Below, in pieces: positions 27,713-36,166 of a stretch of 36,449 nucleotides of DNA; positions within the stretch are counted from its first letter, which is position 1, and every line of letters begins with the position of its first letter. Source of the stretch: Bacteroidota bacterium. GTDB taxonomy: Bacteria; Bacteroidota; Bacteroidia; SpSt-205. The stretch covers positions 1 to 36,449 of the forward strand of contig JAVVHK010000001.1 of assembly GCA_032249525.1 (NCBI GenBank), given 5' to 3'. The notes under the pieces are model-generated. The model saw only the letters and a program-made list of their open reading frames with translations. It did not search any database and was not told the origin of the DNA. Both the position numbers and the translations under genes were made by a program.

Positions 27713-29260
27713 GTGATTGTCTGGTGGATACTCGTACCCCTCCTCGGGGCGATCCTCATCGGAATCTCTGGGGGCTTTCGGCAAAGGTCCCTTCTAACAT
27801 GGGGATGGAGAATCACCGCCCTCATCCAACTGGCTGTAGCTATCTGGCTCGGGTCTCTTTACCTACAAAAGGCCCCCTTAGAGGTAACCTACCATCTCTT
27901 CACCCTTTCTTGGAAGCTGCCCTGGTGGGGTTACCCTTCCCCAGAAGGGTGGGTCGCCCGCTATGACGTAAGCCTCTTCTTTGCTACCGATGGCTTTGCC
28001 TTCCTCTTGGGTCTTATCCTAACGCTCGTCGGAGTTGTCCTTAGCTGGTGGCCCCAATGGAATTTCTCTCAGCCAGCCCTCCAAATCCCTGCCCTCCTCC
28101 TCGTGCAAGCCTTTGCCCTCTGGGCCCTCTTCTCGTATGACCTGATTAGCTTCTACATCGGGTTTGAGGCTACCCTCATCCCCATGGCCTATCTCCTCTT
28201 CTCCCTCATACCCGACCGAGAAAAAGCCCGAAATACGGGCCTTTCGTTTTTGCTATACACCTTAGCTGGGTCTATCCCGTTTTTGACCAGCATCTTGTAT
28301 GGCGCTGCCCAGATTAGTGCTACTTATGGCGTCCCCTACTCCACCAGCTATATGACCTGGCTCAAATATCCCCTGCCCCCAGAAACACAGGTCTGGGTCT
28401 ATCTGGGTTTTGTGCTGGCATTTTATTTCAAGTTGGGGCTATTTCCTGCGCACGGCTGGGTGCTGGCTATATACCGGAATGCCCCTCTACCCTTAGTAGT
28501 AGTCTCGTCAGCTATCTTGACGAAGCTGGGAGCGGTGGGGTGGCTGCGGTGGAGTCCTGCTTTTCCTCATGGGCACCTTGTGCTGGCTCCTTACTTTGGA
28601 GGGCTAGCGGCGATTAGCCTTCTTTTGGCTGGACTAGCCGCCTACTTCCAGAAGCACCTGCGGCTCTGGCTGGCGTATGGGACGATTTCGCACTTAGGAT
28701 TTATTCCTATTGGCATAGCGGCGGTGTCGGGGGCTGGGTTTAGTGGGGCGGCCTGGTATGCGGTGGGCCATGCCGCCGTCGCCACTGCCCACATTCTGAT
28801 TGTGAGCTACCTCATAGAGACGATCGGTACGGATGATCTCAGCACCTTCGGAGGGATTGCCCGAGACAATCCCCGTCTGGCATTTTTCTGGGCTTTGACG
28901 GCCTTAGCCAGCATTGGCCTTCCCGGTCTTAGTCAGTTCCCTGCGGAGTTTCTGGTGCTTTTAGGGAGCTACCAGAGCCCCATGGTACAGCGGGGGGTTT
29001 TCCTAACGGCCCTGCTCGGCATAGCCGTAGGAGCCATCTACACCCTGCGCGTGTTACGACAGGGACTCTTTGGCGAGCCTAAAAACCTCCCACCCAGAGA
29101 CCTGAGCCTCCCCGAAAGTATCGCTATAGCCCTGATGGGTATCTGGATCATCCTTACCGGATTCTGGGCCTCCCCTTTCCTCAAGGAAATAGAACGTACC
29201 CTCATCCCCCTTGCCCAAGCTATCCTTTACCAGGCGCTGGGCCCCGCCAGTACCCTCTAA
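27713..29260 (+). CDS. Orphan NuoM/NuoL/MrpD-like proton-conducting antiporter subunit (Proton_antipo_M family)
   Basis: 515 aa and polytopic. 'YIGFEATLIPMAY', 'AFYFKLGLFPAHGW', 'AILTKLG', 'ISHLGFI' and 'GLPGLSQFPAEFLVLLG' align with the conserved NuoM TM5, TM7, TM8 and TM12 motifs as I recall them. No other complex I or Mrp gene is present in the window. Confidence 0.8.
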   Translation: MIVWWILVPLLGAILIGISGGFRQRSLLTWGWRITALIQLAVAIWLGSLYLQKAPLEVTYHLFTLSWKLPWWGYPSPEGWVARYDVSLFFATDGFAFLLGLILTLVGVVLSWWPQWNFSQPALQIPALLLVQAFALWALFSYDLISFYIGFEATLIPMAYLLFSLIPDREKARNTGLSFLLYTLAGSIPFLTSILYGAAQISATYGVPYSTSYMTWLKYPLPPETQVWVYLGFVLAFYFKLGLFPAHGWVLAIYRNAPLPLVVVSSAILTKLGAVGWLRWSPAFPHGHLVLAPYFGGLAAISLLLAGLAAYFQKHLRLWLAYGTISHLGFIPIGIAAVSGAGFSGAAWYAVGHAAVATAHILIVSYLIETIGTDDLSTFGGIARDNPRLAFFWALTALASIGLPGLSQFPAEFLVLLGSYQSPMVQRGVFLTALLGIAVGAIYTLRVLRQGLFGEPKNLPPRDLSLPESIAIALMGIWIILTGFWASPFLKEIERTLIPLAQAILYQALGPASTL

Positions 29261-29299
29261 GAAAACCCCCCTCTCCGCCTCAAAGCCGGGGAACGAACA

Positions 29300-29364
29300 G
29301 GGTCTCCATAAGGAGCCGTGAAGGGGAAATTTATGAAGGTGGCTCAATGCCTGAGCGTAAAGAG
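29300..29364. repeat. Copy A of a tandem ~65-nt intergenic repeat
   Basis: gggtctccataaggagccgtgaaggggaaatttatgaaggtggctcaatgcctgagcgtaaagag. It aligns with copy B at roughly three-quarters identity by eye. Confidence 0.7.
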
Positions 29365-29396
29365 CCCCTCCTCCACCTTGAAACCGGGGGATAAGA

Positions 29397-29464
29397 GGGA
29401 GTCCATATCAAGGGCCGTAAAGGGAAGTTTTATGGAGGGCGGCTCCATGCCTAATCATAAAGAG
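29397..29464. repeat. Copy B of a tandem ~65-nt intergenic repeat
   Basis: gggagtccatatcaagggccgtaaagggaagttttatggagggcggctccatgcctaatcataaagag. It begins 97 nt after copy A. Confidence 0.7.
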
Positions 29465-29515
29465 AGGGGGCCTGGAGGAAGGTTTGGCGGGAGGACGAAA
29501 CGAAGGAGCCGGCTT

Positions 29516-30976
29516 TTAGCTGAGAGGTACGCGGAAGGTTTTTTCTTGGAGGGTGAGGCGCCCTAAGGTTTCGGCTAAGCGGCTGAAGGTCGGCTCCAAG
29601 GTATGAACGGCTTCGGCTTCGGAAAGGGTGGTCAGGCGGCGAAGCTCTTCTAAGAGGCCCGGGGCGCTGGTGTCTAAGGCCCAGAGGGTAGGCAGGACTT
29701 CGGTCAAATGGGCTTTACGCAGGATTTCCCAGCCATCCAGCAGGTGTCGGTGTCGCGTCCCCTCCCAGATATTGGTAATGAGCAGTTCGCGCAAAAAGCG
29801 CTCTATGGGAAACTCCGCCAGGATGCCGAGGCCACCCCAGATCTCAATGGCCCAGTGGGCGGCTTTGAGCGCTACCTCGGCTGTCCAGTACTTAGCTAAG
29901 TGAGAGAGCAGCCGAAAGATGGCATACCGTTGCGAATAGGGCGGCTTTTCCAGCCAAGTGGTTTCTAACCACTGCTCGGCCAGCCATGCCAAAGCCCCCG
30001 CCACCCGAAGCTGCTCATAGTGGTGCGCTAACTCCTTTTGAAAGAGGGGCTGCTCCGCTAAAGGTCGCCCAAAGAGATACCGATTCTGAGCAAACTCATA
30101 CGCTTTTCGGAGGGCGTGTAGTCCATGAGCCACCACCCCTACTGCATTCGCAATGCGAGAGAAGTTGAGCACCTCCAAGATGTAGTAGATGCCTTGGGCA
30201 GCATCGCCAATGAGGTAGGCTTCGGCATCGTGCAGTTCTACTTCGCCGGTGGGGACGCTACGGGTGCCGATTTTATCTTTGAGGCGGCGAATGAGGTAGT
30301 TTCGGGTGCCATTTTCTCGTTCGCGCGGCACTAAAAAGAGGGCCAAGCCCTTGGGACCCATGGGGGCTTTTTCGGGACGAGCAGCGACGACCGCTAACTC
30401 CGCTCCGACATTGCTGCTGAAGTACTTTTCTCCCGTGAGGTACCAGCGGCCTTCTCTAAGGTAAGCTCGGGTATGCACGTGGCTGCCCAGGTCGGAGCCG
30501 CTCCCTATTTCAGTCATCCAGGTGGCCCCTTGCCAAAAAGGCGGCTCCCTCCGCCCCAGCTGCTCTAAAAAATATTCCCGCATGGGCCCCTCAAAATACT
30601 TATACAGCGGCACCCAGGTAGAAAGCGTTACAGTGTAAGGACAATACAGCCCAGGGTCATAATAGCTTGCTACAAAACCCAACTGATAGCTTAGCCTCAG
30701 GTCATGCCGATGAGCCACCTCGTAAATCACCCCCGCCGCATACCCCGCCGAAAGCAAATACGAATACGCCGGGGGATACAAAATCTCATCCACGCGCTCG
30801 CCTCGCTCATTAAACTGCCTAAGATGCGGAGTCCCCCCCCGGTCTATTTCCAGAGATATGGGCCATCCTTCGCTTTCCCACCAGTTTTGATAGGCTAATA
30901 GGCGCTCGGAAATAGGAAAGCCCATCTCTTCCCGAAGGAAAGCCACGGGCCCTCCACAGAGAATATCTATGCGCAT
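29516..30976 (-). CDS. Acyl-CoA dehydrogenase family protein (AidB-like long form)
   Basis: 486 aa. It has the ACAD middle and C-terminal pattern ('TEIGSGSDLG', 'KYFSSN', 'IWEGT'). The N-terminal 'ERVDEILYPPAYSYLL' resembles the AidB-type N-domain. Confidence 0.8.
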   Translation of the reverse strand: MRIDILCGGPVAFLREEMGFPISERLLAYQNWWESEGWPISLEIDRGGTPHLRQFNERGERVDEILYPPAYSYLLSAGYAAGVIYEVAHRHDLRLSYQLGFVASYYDPGLYCPYTVTLSTWVPLYKYFEGPMREYFLEQLGRREPPFWQGATWMTEIGSGSDLGSHVHTRAYLREGRWYLTGEKYFSSNVGAELAVVAARPEKAPMGPKGLALFLVPRERENGTRNYLIRRLKDKIGTRSVPTGEVELHDAEAYLIGDAAQGIYYILEVLNFSRIANAVGVVAHGLHALRKAYEFAQNRYLFGRPLAEQPLFQKELAHHYEQLRVAGALAWLAEQWLETTWLEKPPYSQRYAIFRLLSHLAKYWTAEVALKAAHWAIEIWGGLGILAEFPIERFLRELLITNIWEGTRHRHLLDGWEILRKAHLTEVLPTLWALDTSAPGLLEELRRLTTLSEAEAVHTLEPTFSRLAETLGRLTLQEKTFRVPLS

Positions 30977-30980
30977 AGCT

Positions 30981-30988
30981 CAAATTTA
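30981..30988 (-). promoter_or_regulatory. -7 promoter box TAAATTTG, 4 nt upstream of the ATG at 30976
   Basis: Minus strand reads tttttgccTAAATTTGagctATG. Confidence 0.6.
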
Positions 30989-31026
30989 GGCAAAAACTCC
31001 CAACCGACTCTACATAGTCTTGAGTT

Positions 31027-34000
31027 TTACCGGAGCTTTTCGGCCACCCCGCAGAGAAGCCGGTACACCGAAGTCCGTTTAGCCTGACCATCCGTAAGCT
31101 CTACATACACCACATAAACCCCGGTCGGAAGCCGATAGCCATTGGCATCCGTGCCATCCCAGCGAAAGCGATTTTCCCCCACCTCTAATAACGTACCCTC
31201 CGTCAGGTACCGTATCAGATGCCCGTTGGGAAAGTAGACAGCAATCCGGGCTTTTTGGTCTGGTTTGTCGTTGAGAATGTAGATGGTTGTCCAGTCCTCG
31301 TACCCGTCGTTATCGGGAGAAAAAGTCTGGGGCTCCAGCCAAATACCTTTTCGCTCGCTGGGAGGATATTCTCGCTGGGAGTTAGCGTAGCCGGGGGTCC
31401 CATACCCTACGGTGCTGGCCGCTGAATACCAGTTGAGGGGGTCCGCCGAAGGCCCCTCCACCCGCAGCCGCTCCAACGCCACCCCGCGCCGCGTGCGTAA
31501 GTCTGGAAAGTGATAGCTCTTATCATACGGAACTCGGTCTATAATCACGCTATCCCGCAGCCGCACTAGCCACACCACATCCCGATCATAGTCATACGCT
31601 GGCATGGTAGAAATCTGATGAAAGCGGGCACCAGCGGGCGGAGCATAACGACGTTGGACATCCGCTGTATCCGACGAGAGGCAGACATAACTTCGGGGTG
31701 GGAAAAGTACAGGCTCCTTAGCTAGGATGGTAAGACGTTGCAAGGTATCCCCCCGAGCTAGCCCTAAATGCGATAGGTCAAATAACTTATCTGTGCGATT
31801 ATACAGCTCTACATAGCGGGCCCCACCCGTCTGCGGATACGGTAAAATCTCATTCACCACGATATCGCCTACCTCTGGCACCGACGGCACCCAGAAACTC
31901 CCCACAAGCGGCTCCACAGGCATCCCCTGGCAATCGTGAAGGCCTGTCAGCTGAATCCTATAAAAGCGACTTTCCTCCAGAGGCTGCATGAGAAAGATTT
32001 CCACACTTCGGCCTCCGTCTAAGGGGGTATAAGCTAAGGGCACTACCTCTGGCTCAAAAGCATAGACGCTGGGACGGCTCAAAAGCGTCTCAGGAAGGGC
32101 CTCGCTAAACCGAATGAGAATAGAAAAGGGGGCCTGATAAGTGATGCCCAGGATGCGGGGTCTCAAGTCAGCTTGGGGATCATACACGCTATTGGGGCGG
32201 CCGGGGGTACCCCCAGTGGGGTCCTCCGAAGCCCGCCATCCCAAACTGTCCGCACATACGGCGTCGGGATTGATTCTCTCCAAGCTCCAGCCGCCATCGT
32301 CTTTGCGGGTGTCGCGATACCAGCTTCTCTTATAGGCTACGGAGTCTATGCGCTGCCCCTGCTCATCATAAAGCCCAATTTCCCCACTGGTATTTGGAAT
32401 AGCGGGAAAGCCCTGAAGTCCCACCGCCGAGGCCCGATCATAGTAGGCAATAGCCCCCTCCACACTGGTTAGCACCAGAAACTCCCCGGGCCATAGGCCT
32501 ACGCGAGGTAGAGTCGCTCGGCTGGAACCCACCCGCAAGGTCCACCCCGACAGGTCTATGTATCGGGGAGAACGGTTATAAATCTCCACATACTCAAAAG
32601 AGGGAAGTCCCACGGGCGGGTCGGGATCGGGAAAGATTTCATTGATGACGATATCGTGGGCTTGGGGGGGAGCTGGCACAGCGAAACTCCGCGTAAAAGT
32701 CTGGGTATTGCCCTGGCAGTCGGCAGCGGTTACGGTGAGGGTATAAACTTCGGTGTTTTGGAGGGGGCTACTGAGGGTCAGGGCGATTTCGGAGGGGCTG
32801 GGGAAGTCCACGGCGGTTATGCTAAGGCCGCCCGAAAGCTGATACTGGCTGGGGCTTCGCATAAAAAGGGTATCTACGGGCTCGGAAAAGTACAGATAGA
32901 GGGTTTGGGGCGGGCTGGGCGAAACGAAAAGAAGCCGGGGAGCACTGGTATCTACCCATCGGCCTAAGACACTATTCGGACGGCCGGGCGTACCGCCCAT
33001 AGGGTCTTCCGAAGCCGTCCAATTAGAGTCCGCCGCACACAGGTCGTCTAAGTTCATCCGCTCTAAGCTCCAGCCGCCGTTCTTCTTAGTAGAGGAGCGG
33101 TACCACGTGTCGCTATAAGCGACTTTATCTAAGATAAGGTCAGTTGAGCTGAGGAGGGTGAGGCTATCGCCACTGTTATTGAGGCTGGGCCAAGAGGAAA
33201 GGCCAACCAACTCCGGATAGCTACTCAGGGCGGCCGCCGGCCCTAAAAGAAGATAACTCTGGGGGGGCAGAAGTCGATCAGGCAACGTTACGCACTGCGT
33301 CGCATCACAAAAGCGCCACCCCCCCACCGAAAACCACTTAGAGGAGCGGTTGTAGATTTCCACATACTCGTAGGGGGGAAGGGCCACGGGTGGATCGGGA
33401 TCGGCCATGATTTCGCTAAACACCACCTCTCCAGCCACCGGCTCTTCGGGCCATACAAAAAGCAAACTATCCAAGGCGACATTCCCTGCAAGGTCTGCTA
33501 TCCCCTCCACCCGAAGCTGGTACAGCATAGAGCGCTGCAAACCGCTCCCCAGCTGAAGAAGCACCTGATTAGGAGCCGACAGCGTAACACCGGTAATAGG
33601 CACAGGCCCCGGTGTGATCCCATAATGAAGCGGATTTTGGGCTGAGGTAGCTTCTATCGGCTCGTTGAAACTAACTGCTATCTGCTGGTCGGTTATTACT
33701 TCTACCTCGGTGAGCCGAGGGGGAACTGTATCTACGATAGGCGGCCCAATGTAAAAGTCGTCAAAGTAGAGATTTTGGCGATTGGTGGAGGTGTGCTGGA
33801 AGTACACGCCAAAGTAGGCGGTGGTGGAGAAGGTGAGGTCGGTAGCGGTGAATTCGGGTTCCCAGGTGCCATTTCCGAGGGTGTCGGAAAAGACTTCCCA
33901 GAGGCCGGTGGCGCTGCGCAGGACTTTGATGCGGAGGATGTTGTTGGATCCACCGAAGCGGCCGCTTCTCCCGCCGGCCAGACGAATGTGGGTAGAGCCG

Positions 34001-34383
34001 TTTTGGAGCCAGAGTTCTAAGCTGTCGGCGCTTCCGGTGATGCCGCCCAGCTTGAGGTAATAGCCTTGGAGGTTGGGGTCTGTGAGGTCGGCCCGATCCG
34101 CTACGAGGTACACCCGAGCAAAGTTTTGGGTGGAAGGGTTGAAGGCCACGCGCACCCAAAAGCGCCATTCCGTGTCATCTATGAGGGTATTGGAGGTAGA
34201 AAGGTACAGAGTAGCAGTGGAGCTGGGGCCATTAGCGCGTAAGCGCTTATCGGACGTAATCACCCAGTAAAGGTCAGTCCCGCTCCAAGGGGGATTATTC
34301 GTAAAGTCCCCATCCGAAAAGTCGTCTTGGAGTTGAGCCCAGCTGAGCATAACGAGGAGCCCTAAGTACCGCCCCCCACGCAT
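31027..34383 (-). CDS. Large secreted surface protein: an N-terminal jelly-roll-like domain, three units of Ig-like plus lamin-tail domain, and a T9SS type-B-like C-terminal domain
   Basis: Three LTD cores are present: 'VVFSEIMADPDPPVALPPYEYVEIYNRS', 'IVINEIFPDPDPPVGLPSFEYVEIYNRS' and 'IVVNEILPYPQTGGARYVELYNRT'. LTD1 and LTD2 each end in a 'SEDP.GGTPGRPNSV' motif, while LTD3 ends in a more divergent 'GYGTPGYANS'. The C-terminal 'FSPDNDGYEDW...RFRWDGTDANGYRLPTGVYVVYVEL' resembles the gliding-motility C-terminal sorting domain. Confidence 0.8.
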   Translation of the reverse strand: MRGGRYLGLLVMLSWAQLQDDFSDGDFTNNPPWSGTDLYWVITSDKRLRANGPSSTATLYLSTSNTLIDDTEWRFWVRVAFNPSTQNFARVYLVADRADLTDPNLQGYYLKLGGITGSADSLELWLQNGSTHIRLAGGRSGRFGGSNNILRIKVLRSATGLWEVFSDTLGNGTWEPEFTATDLTFSTTAYFGVYFQHTSTNRQNLYFDDFYIGPPIVDTVPPRLTEVEVITDQQIAVSFNEPIEATSAQNPLHYGITPGPVPITGVTLSAPNQVLLQLGSGLQRSMLYQLRVEGIADLAGNVALDSLLFVWPEEPVAGEVVFSEIMADPDPPVALPPYEYVEIYNRSSKWFSVGGWRFCDATQCVTLPDRLLPPQSYLLLGPAAALSSYPELVGLSSWPSLNNSGDSLTLLSSTDLILDKVAYSDTWYRSSTKKNGGWSLERMNLDDLCAADSNWTASEDPMGGTPGRPNSVLGRWVDTSAPRLLFVSPSPPQTLYLYFSEPVDTLFMRSPSQYQLSGGLSITAVDFPSPSEIALTLSSPLQNTEVYTLTVTAADCQGNTQTFTRSFAVPAPPQAHDIVINEIFPDPDPPVGLPSFEYVEIYNRSPRYIDLSGWTLRVGSSRATLPRVGLWPGEFLVLTSVEGAIAYYDRASAVGLQGFPAIPNTSGEIGLYDEQGQRIDSVAYKRSWYRDTRKDDGGWSLERINPDAVCADSLGWRASEDPTGGTPGRPNSVYDPQADLRPRILGITYQAPFSILIRFSEALPETLLSRPSVYAFEPEVVPLAYTPLDGGRSVEIFLMQPLEESRFYRIQLTGLHDCQGMPVEPLVGSFWVPSVPEVGDIVVNEILPYPQTGGARYVELYNRTDKLFDLSHLGLARGDTLQRLTILAKEPVLFPPRSYVCLSSDTADVQRRYAPPAGARFHQISTMPAYDYDRDVVWLVRLRDSVIIDRVPYDKSYHFPDLRTRRGVALERLRVEGPSADPLNWYSAASTVGYGTPGYANSQREYPPSERKGIWLEPQTFSPDNDGYEDWTTIYILNDKPDQKARIAVYFPNGHLIRYLTEGTLLEVGENRFRWDGTDANGYRLPTGVYVVYVELTDGQAKRTSVYRLLCGVAEKLR

Positions 34384-34387
34384 AAAG

Positions 34388-34395
34388 CAAGGTTA
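34388..34395 (-). promoter_or_regulatory. Variant -7 box TAACCTTG, 4 nt upstream of the ATG at 34383
   Basis: Minus strand reads ttttcgTAACCTTGctttATG. It has one mismatch and canonical spacing. Confidence 0.45.
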
Positions 34396-34438
34396 CGAAA
34401 AATTTCAGGGTGGCGCATTTTCGTTGGAGGTGGGGTCG

Positions 34439-34446
34439 TACCTTTG
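34439..34446 (+). promoter_or_regulatory. -7 promoter box TACCTTTG, 4 nt upstream of the panD GTG at 34451
   Basis: Plus strand reads gggtcgTACCTTTGtaatGTG. Confidence 0.65.
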
Positions 34447-34450
34447 TAAT

Positions 34451-34795
34451 GTGCTGATAGCGGTGCTAAAGTCCAAGATTCACCGGGTGCGGATTACGCA
34501 AGTGGATTTAGACTATGTTGGGAGTCTAACGCTGGACAGGGACCTGATGGATGCGGCGGGGCTTTTGCCATATGAGCAGGTACATGTGCTGAATGTCAAT
34601 ACGGGTGCGCGCATAGAGACCTATTTGATTGAGGGGCCTCGGGGGAGTGGCATTGTTGGGCTCAATGGTCCTGCGGCTCGCACGGGCATGGTGGGGGATT
34701 GGGTGATTATTTTATCGTATGCTTGGCTTACGCCTGAAGAAGCGCGTACACATCAGCCAGTGGTGATTTTTCCCCGAGAGGGGAATCGGTTGTGA
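34451..34795 (+). CDS. panD: Aspartate 1-decarboxylase (pyruvoyl-dependent)
   Basis: '(M)LIAVLKSKIHRVRITQVDLDYVGSLTLD' contains the Gly-Ser self-processing site. I moved the start from 34424 to the GTG at 34451 because the box lies inside the ORF-track extension, and the new N-terminus matches the usual Bacteroidetes PanD start. Confidence 0.9.
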   Translation: MLIAVLKSKIHRVRITQVDLDYVGSLTLDRDLMDAAGLLPYEQVHVLNVNTGARIETYLIEGPRGSGIVGLNGPAARTGMVGDWVIILSYAWLTPEEARTHQPVVIFPREGNRL

Positions 34796-35754
34796 GGCTT
34801 CGGCGCTGGATTGAATTGGGGGTAGGGTTAGGTTTAGGGGGTGGGCTGCTGTATTGGGTGCTGCGGGACTATCCTTGGCGGGCTCTGGCGGAGCTGAGCT
34901 GGCAGTGGGAAGCTGTCGGAGGCGCCGCCATCGTCATGGGGTTAGCTCATGTATGGCGGGCCTGGCGCTGGAAGCTTTTTCTTAGAGCGAGCGGGCATGA
35001 AAATATTTCTATTTGGGAGGCCTTTATGGCCCTGATGGTCGGCTACTTAGTGAACTTGGGTCTGCCCCGAGCCGGTGAGATAGTGCGGTGTAGCCTCTTA
35101 TATCGGGTTCGCCAGCTACCCGTAGAACTGAGCTTAGGCACGGTCATTGGAGAACGGATGTTGGATTTGCTCCTTTTGGGGGTGTGGGGTGCGGTGGTAG
35201 TGGGGGTTGAGGGTTCGGAATGGCTGCGGAGACTGGGTCTGTGGAGCTGGGCTCCTTTCTTGGTGGGGGGGGCCTTTGTAGGCATGAGTCTTTTATGGGG
35301 CCTGTACCGGTATCGGCAGCGCCTCCCCTGGCCATGGGCTCAACGGATAGTAAGGGGCGTAGCCTCGGCCTTCCAGGTACGCCCTCGCACCGCTAATCTC
35401 CTTCTCTCCATTGGCATCTGGCTTAGCTACTGGATAGCGACCTGGCTGGCCGGCCTTGCCGTCCAAGAGAATTTTTCCCTCTGGGCAGCCTGGGTGCTTC
35501 TCGTAGGTTCCGGCTTAGCTATGGCCATCCCAGTCCCCGGCGGCTTAGGAACCTTTCACGCCATCGGCCTCGTCTTGCTAAACTACTTAGGCTATGCCGA
35601 CACACCCGCTAAAACCCTCGTACTGCTCATCCATGCCTTCCAGACTTTACATACCCTCTTACTGGGAGTGGGGGGAATAAGCTATTTTCTTCTACGGATG
35701 CGCCAAATACCTATGGCCCCTCCCCATTTAGCAAAGCCTCAAACCCGAGTTTAG
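34792..35754 (+). CDS. UPF0104 / lysylphosphatidylglycerol-synthase-TM-region family membrane protein (flippase-like)
   Basis: 320 aa with about 8 TM helices. The 'WRAWRWKLFL' motif follows TM2 as in the LPG_synthase_TM family. It has a GTGA overlap with the panD stop. Confidence 0.75.
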   Translation: MRLRRWIELGVGLGLGGGLLYWVLRDYPWRALAELSWQWEAVGGAAIVMGLAHVWRAWRWKLFLRASGHENISIWEAFMALMVGYLVNLGLPRAGEIVRCSLLYRVRQLPVELSLGTVIGERMLDLLLLGVWGAVVVGVEGSEWLRRLGLWSWAPFLVGGAFVGMSLLWGLYRYRQRLPWPWAQRIVRGVASAFQVRPRTANLLLSIGIWLSYWIATWLAGLAVQENFSLWAAWVLLVGSGLAMAIPVPGGLGTFHAIGLVLLNYLGYADTPAKTLVLLIHAFQTLHTLLLGVGGISYFLLRMRQIPMAPPHLAKPQTRV

Positions 35755-35788
35755 CATAAAAACAAAACCTCTTCGCCCGGGCAATCAC

Positions 35789-36160
35789 CTAATCGGTTCG
35801 CTTTTTGCGCTGCCACTCCCGTAGCCACTTCTCAAAGGCCCGCTGACCACTTTCCGTCGTGAAAAGCTCCTTGAGCTCCTCAGCTAAAACATGCGAATTA
35901 TACACCCGATCCGCCCCCTTCCGAATCACCTCTAAACGAGTACTCTCATGGTCTAAGAGCCATAGCAAGTCCTTCAGCTGAGCCGCGGAAAGGCAGTTCT
36001 GCGCAACGATCTCATTGATTCTTTCCAGGCGGCTGGCTTCCATACTGAGGGAGGCTACCTCCAATCGGAGGTAGTTAAACTGCACATCTGAGAGGGTAGC
36101 TACCCGACAATTCTGTGCCCAGAGAGCCCCCAGGAGGGCCAAGCTACTTAGCCAGCGCAC
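35789..36160 (-). CDS. Exported DUF4476-like protein
   Basis: It has the signal peptide (M)RWLSSLALLGALWAQ. Two helical half-repeats ('SRLERINEIVAQNCLSAAQLKDLL', 'TRLEVIRKGADRVYNSHVLAEEL') resemble DUF4476 as I recall it. The family label is tentative. Confidence 0.6.
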   Translation of the reverse strand: MRWLSSLALLGALWAQNCRVATLSDVQFNYLRLEVASLSMEASRLERINEIVAQNCLSAAQLKDLLWLLDHESTRLEVIRKGADRVYNSHVLAEELKELFTTESGQRAFEKWLREWQRKKRTD

Positions 36161-36166
36161 CTTCTA

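Noticed and set aside
27713-29260. The NuoM-like protein as DabB of a DAB inorganic-carbon pump.
   Set aside because: DabB is, as far as I know, always paired with a large DabA (DUF2309) gene, and none is present in this window. The motif pattern is also closer to NuoM than to NuoL.
29318-29566. An 82-aa ORF spanning the convergent intergenic region and overlapping the ACAD 3' end.
   Set aside because: It runs through both nucleotide repeats, but the repeated segments give unrelated peptides. The product is basic and low complexity, and it lacks a -7 box at the canonical spacing. It is more likely a non-coding repeat region.
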